Positions 39,722 through 48,149 of a DNA stretch of 64,000 nt are shown one piece after another (position 1 is the stretch's first letter; every line of letters begins with the position of its first letter). The DNA lies in the NCBI GenBank assembly GCA_963781705.1, contig CAWAGP010000010.1, positions 997,427 to 1,061,426 of the forward strand. Reading direction: 5' to 3'. Under the pieces are notes generated by a model, which worked only from the letters and a program-made list of their open reading frames with translations, was not told where the DNA came from and made no database searches. The translations under genes were made by a program, and so were the position numbers. Source of the DNA: an uncultured Chloroflexia bacterium (lineage in GTDB: Bacteria > Chloroflexota > Limnocylindria > Limnocylindrales > CSP1-4).

Positions 39722-41176
39722 ATGACCGCCCGACGTCAGATACGTATTGGCAATCGCCGCATCGGCCGCGACCGCGCGGCAATTGACGCGACCGCGGCGC
39801 CGCGCGTCGGCGAGACGCTGCAGCTGGCTCGCGAACGCAAGGGCGTCGACCTGTTCCGCGCCGAGCGCGACACCAAGATCCGGCTGCGCTACCTGGCGGC
39901 GCTCGAGGACAGCGACTACGACGAGCTGCCTGCGGCGGTCTACACCAAGGGCTTCCTGCGCAACTATGCGATCTACCTGGGCCTGGATCCCGACGAGTTG
40001 CTCGAGCGCTGGCGAGAAGAGATGGACGCCATGCGCGCGGCCGAGCACGTCGCCGTGGCGCCTCCGCCGCGGCCCATGGTCGAGCCCGGTGGCCGCCGCC
40101 TCACGCTCACTCCGGCCATGCTCGTGGCGGGGCTCGTTCTGCTCGTTGTCCTCGCCTTCGTCGGCTATCTCGCCATCCAGCTGCTGCGCTACGCCGAGAC
40201 GACACCGATCACCCTCTCCAACCCGGCCAACGTTGTCAGCACGATCGACGCCGAGTCGATCCTGCTGTCGGGCACGGCCGGCGCCGGAGCGACGATCGTC
40301 ATCGACGGCCCGGGCGGCCAGTCGTACAACACGACCGCCGATGAACACGGCGCCTGGTCGCGCCAGGTGGATCTTGGCCTCGGTCGCAACGACTTCAGCA
40401 TCACCGCCATCGACCCGGTTACCCAGCGCCGGTCGACGCCGCTCAACCTGACCATCAACGTGCCGTTACCGCAGGCGTCCAGCTCACCGCTGCCGGGCGC
40501 GTCGGCTACCCCAGCGCCGGTGCCGGTGCTGACCATGAACGTAGCCGGCCCGACCGAGGGCCAGCAGTTCACCGACGGCTCGGTCCTCGTGAGTGGCACG
40601 ACCAATGCCGAGCGCCTCACCATTACCAGCACATACCTGGGTCCCTGGAACGCGACGCCGCCACCGAGCACGCTGCCGCTCAGCACGCCGGCGCCTTCCG
40701 GCTCACCGGGCGCGAGCCCGTCGCCCGCTCCGATTGCGCCGGCGCGCGAGGTGATCGTGCCGCCGGACGGCAGTTTCTCGGAGCAGCTCACGTTCGATGT
40801 CGGCCGCTGGCAGCTGACCATCTCGGCCTACCGCAGCGGGGATGATCCGCTCCTGCAGGTGCGCAACATCGTCGTGGCGCCGCCGGTCGCGACTTCGATC
40901 AACCTGCTGCTGCAGGTCGAAGGTCGAGATTCATGGGTGCGGCTCGTGGCCGATGGTGCCCGCGTGCCGGGCTACGCTGGCAAGACGCTCCACCCCGGCG
41001 ACAGCGCAACGGTCACCGCCAGCGACCAGGTGTGCGTGCGGACCGGCAATGCGGGCGCGCTGCACGTCTTCGTCAACGATGCGGACCTGGGGTCGCTGGG
41101 CATCAACGGACAGGTGGGCAGCTGGCTGATCACTCTGGCGAATCCACAGCCGGAGCCGGCCGACAGTCCCTGTTGA
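39722..41176 (+). CDS. RodZ-like protein: N-terminal XRE-type HTH, single TM, long Pro/Ser/Thr-rich periplasmic spacer, C-terminal DUF4115 domain
   Basis: GETLQLARERKGVDLFRAERDTKIRLRYLAALEDSDYDELPAAVYTKGFLRNYAIYLGLD (HTH_25/RodZ N-term), TM LVAGLVLLVVLAFVGYLAIQLL, C-terminal SWVRLVADGARV...LHVFVNDADLGSLG (DUF4115-like). Confidence 0.7.
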   Translation: MTARRQIRIGNRRIGRDRAAIDATAAPRVGETLQLARERKGVDLFRAERDTKIRLRYLAALEDSDYDELPAAVYTKGFLRNYAIYLGLDPDELLERWREEMDAMRAAEHVAVAPPPRPMVEPGGRRLTLTPAMLVAGLVLLVVLAFVGYLAIQLLRYAETTPITLSNPANVVSTIDAESILLSGTAGAGATIVIDGPGGQSYNTTADEHGAWSRQVDLGLGRNDFSITAIDPVTQRRSTPLNLTINVPLPQASSSPLPGASATPAPVPVLTMNVAGPTEGQQFTDGSVLVSGTTNAERLTITSTYLGPWNATPPPSTLPLSTPAPSGSPGASPSPAPIAPAREVIVPPDGSFSEQLTFDVGRWQLTISAYRSGDDPLLQVRNIVVAPPVATSINLLLQVEGRDSWVRLVADGARVPGYAGKTLHPGDSATVTASDQVCVRTGNAGALHVFVNDADLGSLGINGQVGSWLITLANPQPEPADSPC

Positions 41177-41667
41177 ACGATCCGGAGCTGGCTGACCTCG
41201 CGACGCGGCTGCAGTCGGTGTTGCTCGTGCGCGGCATGACCCTGGCCACAGCGGAGTCGTGCACCGGCGGATTGATCGGCCACACGCTGACTGAAATCCC
41301 GGGTTCGAGCGACTACTACCTTGGCGGCGTGATCAGCTACAGCGATCGGATCAAGGAGGCGCAACTGGGCGTCGACGCCCACACACTGGCCAGCCACGGT
41401 GCCGTCTCGGCGCAGACCTGCGTGGCCATGGCTGAGGGCGTCCGTGCAAGGTTCGGCGCGACGGTTGGCGTGGCAGTGACCGGCATCGCCGGGCCGTCCG
41501 GTGGGACGGCGGCCAAGCCGGTCGGCCTGACCTACGTGTGCGTCGCCGACGAGGACGGCCACGAGGTCCGCCGCCACATGTGGCAGTCGGATCGTCACGG
41601 CAACAAGCAGCTGAGCGCCGGGGCGTGCCTCGAGCTCGCGCTCGAGCGCCTCGGCGGAGAGCACTGA
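41173..41667 (+). CDS. pncC: CinA C-terminal-domain protein (PncC-type nicotinamide-nucleotide amidohydrolase); no N-terminal MoCF-type domain
   Basis: LATRLQSVLLVRGMTLATAESCTGGLIGHTLTEIPGSSDYYLGGVISYSDRIKEAQLGVD...GVAVTGIAGPSGG. TTG start overlaps the rodZ-like stop. Confidence 0.8.
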   Translation: MNDPELADLATRLQSVLLVRGMTLATAESCTGGLIGHTLTEIPGSSDYYLGGVISYSDRIKEAQLGVDAHTLASHGAVSAQTCVAMAEGVRARFGATVGVAVTGIAGPSGGTAAKPVGLTYVCVADEDGHEVRRHMWQSDRHGNKQLSAGACLELALERLGGEH

Positions 41668-41678
41668 CGGCCGCCGCC

Positions 41679-43208
41679 ATGCGCAGTGCAAGCGACATCG
41701 GCGCGGGGCTTGCAGCAGCGCGGCCCGCGCGGCCGATCCGCGCTGGCGAGCGGATCCATGTCCTCGGCGTGGCGGGTGCCGGCGCCTCGGCAGCCGCGCT
41801 CTTGGCACAGCGCGCCGGCGCCCAGGTGAGCGGCTGTGACAAGGGCGGGCCGTCGCCTTACACCGCGGCTCTTGAGAGCGCCGGCATCGAGCTTGCCTGG
41901 CAGCACTCGCCGGCGCACGTCGAGCGCGATCAGGCGATGCGGCCGGAACGCCTCGCAGTAAGCAAGGCGCTGACCGCCGTCCAGCCAGACCACCCGGAGC
42001 TGGCCGCGGCAAGGCGCCTGAAGATCCCGACCGAGCCCTGGCAACAGATCGTCGCCGACACCGCCGCAACGACCGGACAGGCTCTCATCGCCGTTGCGGG
42101 CACACACGGCAAGTCGACCACCAGCGGCTGGCTGGTGGACCTGCTGGTGCGTGCCGGCCGCGACCCATCGGCCTTCGTCGGCGCCCTCCTGCCGGCATCA
42201 CTGGCCGGCGGCGTTCCGGGCACGGCGCGCTGGGGAGCGGGCGACAGTTTCGTGGTCGAGGCCGACGAATACGCCGGCAACTTCGACCCGTACCTGCCGG
42301 TGGTGGCCGTGTTGCTCAACGCCGAATGGGACCATCCGGACGTGTTCGTGGACGAGGACGCCGTGCTACGCGCCTTCGAGGCATGGCTGCGCCGGGTGCC
42401 TGGCGCGACGCTTGTCGCCAACATCGGCGACGCCGGCGTCGCGCGCATCCTCGAGCGTCTCGGTGGCAGGAGCGGGCCGACTCTTACCGTGGCGCTTGGC
42501 ACGAGCGCCGACATGAGCGCGCAACTGGCGGTTGCCGACGGCCTTTCTCGCCTGGCCGTGGCTGATCGCCGGGTCGGCAGCGACAGCGCATTCGAGGTGG
42601 GCCTGGCGGGCCCGGCCAACGCCGCCAACGCGCTAGCCGTGGTGGGCGTTGCTCGCGCCCTCGGCCTGCCGGACGAGGCGGTGCGCGACAGCCTGGCCCA
42701 TTTCAGCGGTGTGGGCCGGCGCCTCGAGGTCAAGGGTGAGCCCGCCGGCGTGACCGTGATCGACGACTACGGCCATCATCCGACTGCGATCGCACGCACG
42801 CTCGATGCGGTGCGCATGCGTTACCCGGGCCGGCGCGTGTGGGCGGTCTACGAGCCGCTGACGTATCACCGCACGGCCCAAATGCTCGACCTGTTCGCCG
42901 ACGTTCTGGCAACGGCGGACGAGGTCGCAATCGCCGACATCTGGGCGGGCCGCGATCCGGACACGACGATCACCAGCGCCGCCAAGCTCGCGGAGGCCGT
43001 ATCTGCCCGCGGGGCCGTCACGGCCAGCGCGCCGGGCAGCGTCGAGCAGACCGCGGACTACCTCGCCCGGCGCGTACACCGCGGCGACGTGGTGCTGGTC
43101 ATGGGTGGCGGGCGTTCGTACGTGATTGCCGACCGCCTGGTCGAGCTGCTGGCTGCGCAGGACGCAGCTGGCCGCCCCGCGCCGACCGGCCGTAGACTGG
43201 GGCCATGA
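41679..43208 (+). CDS. Mur ligase family protein (MurC/Mpl-like UDP-N-acetylmuramate--amino-acid ligase)
   Basis: IHVLGVAGAGASAAALLAQRAGAQVSGCD (Mur N-term Rossmann), AVAGTHGKSTTSGWL (P-loop), VVEADEYAG..., C-terminal Mur ligase domain with VIDDYGHHPT. The ORF track begins at 41538. Confidence 0.65.
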   Translation: MRSASDIGAGLAAARPARPIRAGERIHVLGVAGAGASAAALLAQRAGAQVSGCDKGGPSPYTAALESAGIELAWQHSPAHVERDQAMRPERLAVSKALTAVQPDHPELAAARRLKIPTEPWQQIVADTAATTGQALIAVAGTHGKSTTSGWLVDLLVRAGRDPSAFVGALLPASLAGGVPGTARWGAGDSFVVEADEYAGNFDPYLPVVAVLLNAEWDHPDVFVDEDAVLRAFEAWLRRVPGATLVANIGDAGVARILERLGGRSGPTLTVALGTSADMSAQLAVADGLSRLAVADRRVGSDSAFEVGLAGPANAANALAVVGVARALGLPDEAVRDSLAHFSGVGRRLEVKGEPAGVTVIDDYGHHPTAIARTLDAVRMRYPGRRVWAVYEPLTYHRTAQMLDLFADVLATADEVAIADIWAGRDPDTTITSAAKLAEAVSARGAVTASAPGSVEQTADYLARRVHRGDVVLVMGGGRSYVIADRLVELLAAQDAAGRPAPTGRRLGP

Positions 43209-43645
43209 CACTGACACCCGGCGACGGGCAGGATCTGCTCGCCTCATTCAAGCGCGGTTGGGAGCGCCGCGATCCAGACCTGATCCTCGAGCTGTTCGAC
43301 GAGCACGCCGAGTATCGGCCTGATCCGTTCAGTGAACCGCTCAGCGGCGCCAACGCGATCCGCGAGCTTTGGAACGGCATCGCCGCCGACCAGGCCAACG
43401 TCGAGTTCGACGCCGAGCGGGTGTGGGTCAGCGGGCCGACCGTGCTGGCCAGCTTCCACGCCGCGTACACGCGGCGCACTGACGCGCAGCGCGTCCGCGT
43501 GCGCGGCTTCATGACCTTCGAGGTTGCGGCGGCGCCCGGCGACGACGATCGGCCGCTGGTCGAGCGCTTTCGGCAATGGCCGATCGAACGGGTAGTCGGC
43601 CGTGATTCGACGTTCGAGCCGGAAGGTGGAAGCGATGGCCGGTGA
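43205..43645 (+). CDS. SnoaL-like / NTF2-fold (DUF4440-like) protein
   Basis: 146 aa. DLLASFKRGWERRDPDLILELFDEHAEYRPDPFSEPLSGANAIRELW is NTF2-like. Confidence 0.55.
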   Translation: MTLTPGDGQDLLASFKRGWERRDPDLILELFDEHAEYRPDPFSEPLSGANAIRELWNGIAADQANVEFDAERVWVSGPTVLASFHAAYTRRTDAQRVRVRGFMTFEVAAAPGDDDRPLVERFRQWPIERVVGRDSTFEPEGGSDGR

Positions 43646-44132
43646 CATGTCGTTTGACGTGGTCAGCGACTTCGATCGCCAGGAGCTCGTCAATGCGCTC
43701 GACCAGGCGCGCCGCGAGATAGCCACGCGCTACGACTTCAAGGGCTCACACGCAGAGCTCGAGCTGGGCAAGGACGAGGTCATCCTGCGCGCCGACAGCG
43801 AGTCACGCGCCCGGGCGATGCGCGATCTCGTCGAATCCAAGGCGATCCGGCGTGGCCTGTCGCTCAAGATCTTCGACTGGGGCGAGATCGAGCCGGCCGG
43901 CGGCAACACTGTGCGCCAGCGCATCGGCCTGCGACGTGGGCTGCCCGACGATCTCGCGCGCAAGATCACCAAGTTGATCCGTGACGACTTTCCCAAGGTC
44001 AAGTCGCAGATCCAGGGCGACGCGATACGCGTAAACGGCAAGAGCAAGGACGAGCTGCAGCGGGTCATCGCGCGGCTGCGCGACGAAGCAGAGGCGTACC
44101 CGGTCCCGCTGCAGTTCCAGAACTACCGCTGA
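43635..44132 (+). CDS. yajQ: YajQ/UPF0234 family nucleotide-binding protein
   Basis: MSFDVVSDFDRQELVNALDQARREIATRYDFKGSHAELELGKDEVILRADSE. AAGGTGG RBS before ATG 43635. Confidence 0.8.
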   Translation: MAGDMSFDVVSDFDRQELVNALDQARREIATRYDFKGSHAELELGKDEVILRADSESRARAMRDLVESKAIRRGLSLKIFDWGEIEPAGGNTVRQRIGLRRGLPDDLARKITKLIRDDFPKVKSQIQGDAIRVNGKSKDELQRVIARLRDEAEAYPVPLQFQNYR

Positions 44133-44242
44133 ACACTGAGCCTCGGCGAGGCGGACGCCGCACGCCGGCCGGACGATCTCGGCCGCGGGGCGGCAGGTTC
44201 ACGCTGGCCGACCTGCTCGCCCGATCGCTGGCGGGCGTCGGC

Positions 44243-45850
44243 GTGAAATGGGCGTTCACCGTCCCCGGCGAAAGCTTCCTGGGCCTACTCGACGCGCTGC
44301 CGCGGTACGACATCAAGGTGGTCGCCACGCGCCACGAGGGCGGCGCGGCATTCATGGCCGAAGCCGTCGGCCAACTCACCGGCCAGCCGGCGGCATGTCT
44401 CGGCACGCGTGCGGTGGGTGGCTCGAACCTGGCCATCGGCATTCACACCGCGCGCCAGGACTCGACGCCCATGATTGCGGTACTCGGCCAGGTCGAACGC
44501 GCCCTGCTCGGCCGCGAGGCGCTGCAGGAGGCCGACCTGGCCGGCACCATCGGCGGGCTGGCCAAGTGGGCGGCGGAGATAGACGATCCGTCGACGGCAG
44601 CGACAACGATCGGGGAGGGGCTCCAGGCCATGCTCTCGGGCCGCCCGGGACCGGTGCTCTTCTCGGTGCCGGTCGACGTCTTCGGCGAGCCAGCAGTCGA
44701 CAGGTTGCCGACCGTCGAGCCGACGGCGCCCGCCGCTCCTGACGCGACACGGGTCGAGCAGATCGTCAGCATGTTGCGCGACGCAGAGCGGCCGGCCATC
44801 GTGGCTGGTGGCGGCGTGATACGCGCCGGCGCGGTTGACCTGCTGCGCGAGCTCAGCGAACGATTGGCCGTGCCCGTCTTCGCGGCGTGGCGGCGGCCGA
44901 CCTCGTTTCCCAACGACGACCCACATTACGTGGGCATGACCGGCTATGGCGCCTCGTCGACGGTGTTGCCCCGGCTCACGGCCGCCGACGCGCTGCTGGT
45001 CATCGGCTGCCGGCTCAACGAACCAGCCTCGTTCCAATACCAGATCCCGGCGCGCACCACGCGCTGGGCACACGTCGACCTCGAGCCACGGCGGGCGGGC
45101 GCGGGCCTGCGGCCGCCGACCGTTGCCCTCCCCGCCGACGCGGCGGACTTCCTGCACGCGGCGCTGGCGCACCTCGAGCCGGCCGAGGAGGCGGCCAATA
45201 CGCTGGCCCCACGGATCGCGGCGCTGGCAGCCGAGCGCGATGCCTACCTTGCCGCCAGCACGCCAGCCGTGGACGACGGCGACGGCGGGTGGCGCGGTCC
45301 GGGCCTCGACCCGGCCCGTGTGGTGGCGACGCTGCAGCAGGTGCTACCAAGCGACGCGATCCTGACCAGCGACGCGGGCAACTTCGGACTGTGGCTGGCG
45401 CGTGGCTTCCGTTTCGGCCGGGCCAATGCCTTCCTCGGCCCGACCTCCGGGGCGATGGGTTACGGCCTGCCGGCCGCCATCGCCGCGAAGCTGGTCGCGC
45501 CAGATCGAAGCGTCGTCGCCCTGTGCGGCGATGGCGGTTTCGCCATGACCATGAACGAATTGGAAACTGCGGTGCGGGTCGGGGCGCATCCGGTCGTGCT
45601 GGTGTTCGACAACCGCCGCTTCGGCACGATCGCCATGCACCAGCAATTGGAGGGCCAGGAGTACGTTGCCACCGAGCTGGGTCCGATCGACTTTGCCGCG
45701 GTAGCGCGCGCCTGCGGGGCACAGGGCGGACGGGTCGCCCGTGACGTCGAGTTCGAGCCGGCGCTGCGCGACGCGCTGGCCGCCGGCCGTCCGGCCGTCC
45801 TCCACCTCGAGATTGACCCTCGCTGGGTGTCGCCCGATCGCTTCGGATAG
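44243..45850 (+). CDS. Thiamine-diphosphate-dependent enzyme (acetolactate synthase / benzoylformate decarboxylase superfamily). Annotated start GTG 44243 probably truncates the N-terminus.
   Basis: VPGESFLGLLDAL...RHEGGAAFMAEA..., central domain, C-terminal TPP-binding LCGDGGFAMTMNELETAVR. In-frame upstream codons 44198-44242 encode FTLADLLARSLAGVGV, the normal N-terminus, but no ATG/GTG/TTG lies in that frame back to the yajQ stop. Confidence 0.75.
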   Translation: MKWAFTVPGESFLGLLDALPRYDIKVVATRHEGGAAFMAEAVGQLTGQPAACLGTRAVGGSNLAIGIHTARQDSTPMIAVLGQVERALLGREALQEADLAGTIGGLAKWAAEIDDPSTAATTIGEGLQAMLSGRPGPVLFSVPVDVFGEPAVDRLPTVEPTAPAAPDATRVEQIVSMLRDAERPAIVAGGGVIRAGAVDLLRELSERLAVPVFAAWRRPTSFPNDDPHYVGMTGYGASSTVLPRLTAADALLVIGCRLNEPASFQYQIPARTTRWAHVDLEPRRAGAGLRPPTVALPADAADFLHAALAHLEPAEEAANTLAPRIAALAAERDAYLAASTPAVDDGDGGWRGPGLDPARVVATLQQVLPSDAILTSDAGNFGLWLARGFRFGRANAFLGPTSGAMGYGLPAAIAAKLVAPDRSVVALCGDGGFAMTMNELETAVRVGAHPVVLVFDNRRFGTIAMHQQLEGQEYVATELGPIDFAAVARACGAQGGRVARDVEFEPALRDALAAGRPAVLHLEIDPRWVSPDRFG

Positions 45851-45906
45851 GCCGCCGACAGCCGGCGTTTGACCAAGCGCTTCGCTGAGCCTAGACTTCT
45901 TGGCTC

Positions 45907-46413
45907 ATGAGTACCATCAACGGCACGCTAACTAATCAGGAGAGCCGCCAGGCGCTGCTGGACGATGTGCTGAGCGAGTTGACGTCGATCAGCTTCCGGG
46001 ACTGGCTGGGTGCGCTCAAGCGCTGGCAGGAGGGGGCCCTCAGCCTCGTGCACATGCACGTGCTGATGCTGCTGCGCTCGAACGGGCCTTTGCCCATGTC
46101 ACGCCTGGCCGACCTGCTCGACGTCTCGGTCGCCAGTGCAACCGGCATCATCGACCGCATTGAGAAGCGCGGCATGGTCGAGCGGCGTCACAGCGAGACC
46201 GACCGGCGCATCGTGGAGGTCCACCTGACGGACACGGCATGGACCGTCTTCGGCGCGATGGACGCCGGTCGTCGCGAGCGCATGGCGCTGCTGATCGGCG
46301 GCATGAGCGATGAGGAACTGACGGCGTTGCGAACCGGCCTGCGTGCCATGCGCGCGGCCCGCCAGCGATTGAGCGCCGACGCTGGGCCGGAACCGGAGGC
46401 GCGCCCGGCTTGA
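45907..46413 (+). CDS. MarR family transcriptional regulator
   Basis: 168 aa. LSLVHMHVLMLLRSNGPLPMSRLADLLDVSVASATGIIDRIEKRGMVERRHSETDRRIVEVHLT, winged-helix MarR. Confidence 0.85.
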   Translation: MSTINGTLTNQESRQALLDDVLSELTSISFRDWLGALKRWQEGALSLVHMHVLMLLRSNGPLPMSRLADLLDVSVASATGIIDRIEKRGMVERRHSETDRRIVEVHLTDTAWTVFGAMDAGRRERMALLIGGMSDEELTALRTGLRAMRAARQRLSADAGPEPEARPA

Positions 46414-48149
46414 TCAAGCTGCTGCGGACCTTCCTGCGCCCCTACCGGGCACAGATCCTGGTTGTTCTTGTCCTGCTCTTCATCCAGGCGCTGACAAACC
46501 TGTATCTACCCGACCTGAACGCCGAGATCATCAACAACGGCGTGTCGACCGGCGACACCAACTACATCGTCAACACCGGCGCACTGATGCTCGGCGTGAC
46601 CGTCCTGCTCGGCATCACCTCGGTCGTGGCCGTCTTCCTCGCCGCTCGCGTGGCGATGGGCTTCGGGCGCGACGTGCGCGGCGAGGTATTCCGCAAGGTC
46701 GGGTCGTTTTCGCAGGTCGAGATGAATCGCTTCGGCACCGCGTCGCTGATCACGCGTAACACCAACGACGTGCAGCAGGTGCAGATGGTCGTGTTCATGG
46801 GCCTGACCGTCATCCTGCTGGCGCCGATCATGGGCATCGGCGGCATCATCATGGCCGTTCGCCAGGACGTGCCGCTTTCGAGCCTGCTGGTCGTGATCCT
46901 GCCGATCATGTTCGTATTCATCGGGCTGGTCATGCGCCAGGCGATCCCGCTGTTCCGGGCTATGCAGGTCAAGATCGACCGCATCAACCAGGTCATGCGC
47001 GAGGCGCTCGCCGGCGTCCGCGTCATCCGTGCCTTCGTGCGCGTCGACCACGAAGAGAAGCGCTTCGACGTCGCCAACCAGGACCTGTTCGAGACGGCCC
47101 TGCGCGTAAACCGCCTGTTCGCGGTGACGATCCCGACGATGATGATCATCCTCAACCTGTCGCAGGTCGCGGTGATGTGGTTCGGCGCCGAACGCATATC
47201 CGCCGGCGGCATGCCCATCGGCAACCTGACCGCCTTCCTGACCTACCTGATGCAGATCCTCTTCTCAGTGCTGATGGCAGTGCTGATGTTCATCTTCGTG
47301 CCGCGCGCGGCGGTCTCGGCCGACCGCATCCGCGAGGTGCTCGACACCCACCCGATGATCAGCGACCCGGTCGAGCCAGTCTCGATAGTGCCCGCGCGCG
47401 GCGCCCGGATCGAGTTCCGCAACGTCCAGTTCGGCTATCCCGGTGCCGAGCAGCCGGTGCTGCACGACATCTCGTTCGTGGCTGAGCCGGGCCAGACGAC
47501 GGCCATCGTGGGCAGCACCGGCAGCGGCAAGTCGACACTCATCAACCTCATCCCGCGCTTCTACGACGTGACCGGCGGCGAGGTGCTGATCGACGGCATC
47601 GACGTGCGCCAGCTGCGTCGCGAAGACCTGTGGCGGATGATCGGCGTCGTGCCGCAGAACGCCTTCCTGTTCAGTGGCACAGTGGCTTCCAACCTGCGCT
47701 ACGGCGACGAACAGGCGACCGACGACGACCTGCAGCACGCGCTCGAGATTGCCCAGGGCAGCGAGTTCGTGGCCGAGATGACCGGCGGCCTCGAGGCAGA
47801 GATCGACCAGGGCGGCAGCAATGTCTCCGGTGGCCAGCGTCAGCGGCTGGCCATTGCCCGGGCGCTGGTCAAGCGCGCGCCGCTGTACGTTTTCGACGAT
47901 AGCTTCTCCGCACTCGACTTCCGCACCGACGCGCGCCTGCGGGCGGCGCTGCGCCGCGAGCTGGCCGGCGCGACGGCGATCATCGTCGCCCAGCGCGTGG
48001 GCACCATTCTCAACGCCGAGCGCATCGTGGTCATGGACGAAGGTCGCGTGGTGGGTGTCGGCACGCATAGCGAATTGATGACGAGCTGCGAGACGTATCG
48101 CGAAATCGTCTACTCGCAGCTCACCCCGGCCGAGGCGCAGGCCGCATGA
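46410..48149 (+). CDS. ABC transporter (type I exporter: 6-TM domain fused to ATP-binding domain), half of a heterodimeric efflux pump
   Basis: TMD followed by GSTGSGKST (Walker A), LSGGQRQRLAIARAL (signature), LYVFDDSFSALD (Walker B). Start overlaps the marR stop. Confidence 0.9.
   Translation: MIKLLRTFLRPYRAQILVVLVLLFIQALTNLYLPDLNAEIINNGVSTGDTNYIVNTGALMLGVTVLLGITSVVAVFLAARVAMGFGRDVRGEVFRKVGSFSQVEMNRFGTASLITRNTNDVQQVQMVVFMGLTVILLAPIMGIGGIIMAVRQDVPLSSLLVVILPIMFVFIGLVMRQAIPLFRAMQVKIDRINQVMREALAGVRVIRAFVRVDHEEKRFDVANQDLFETALRVNRLFAVTIPTMMIILNLSQVAVMWFGAERISAGGMPIGNLTAFLTYLMQILFSVLMAVLMFIFVPRAAVSADRIREVLDTHPMISDPVEPVSIVPARGARIEFRNVQFGYPGAEQPVLHDISFVAEPGQTTAIVGSTGSGKSTLINLIPRFYDVTGGEVLIDGIDVRQLRREDLWRMIGVVPQNAFLFSGTVASNLRYGDEQATDDDLQHALEIAQGSEFVAEMTGGLEAEIDQGGSNVSGGQRQRLAIARALVKRAPLYVFDDSFSALDFRTDARLRAALRRELAGATAIIVAQRVGTILNAERIVVMDEGRVVGVGTHSELMTSCETYREIVYSQLTPAEAQAA

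Noticed and set aside
41538-41678. N-terminal 47-aa Arg-rich extension of the Mur-ligase ORF
   Set aside because: It overlaps the pncC gene in another frame. The conserved Mur N-terminus begins near ATG 41679 right after the pncC stop.
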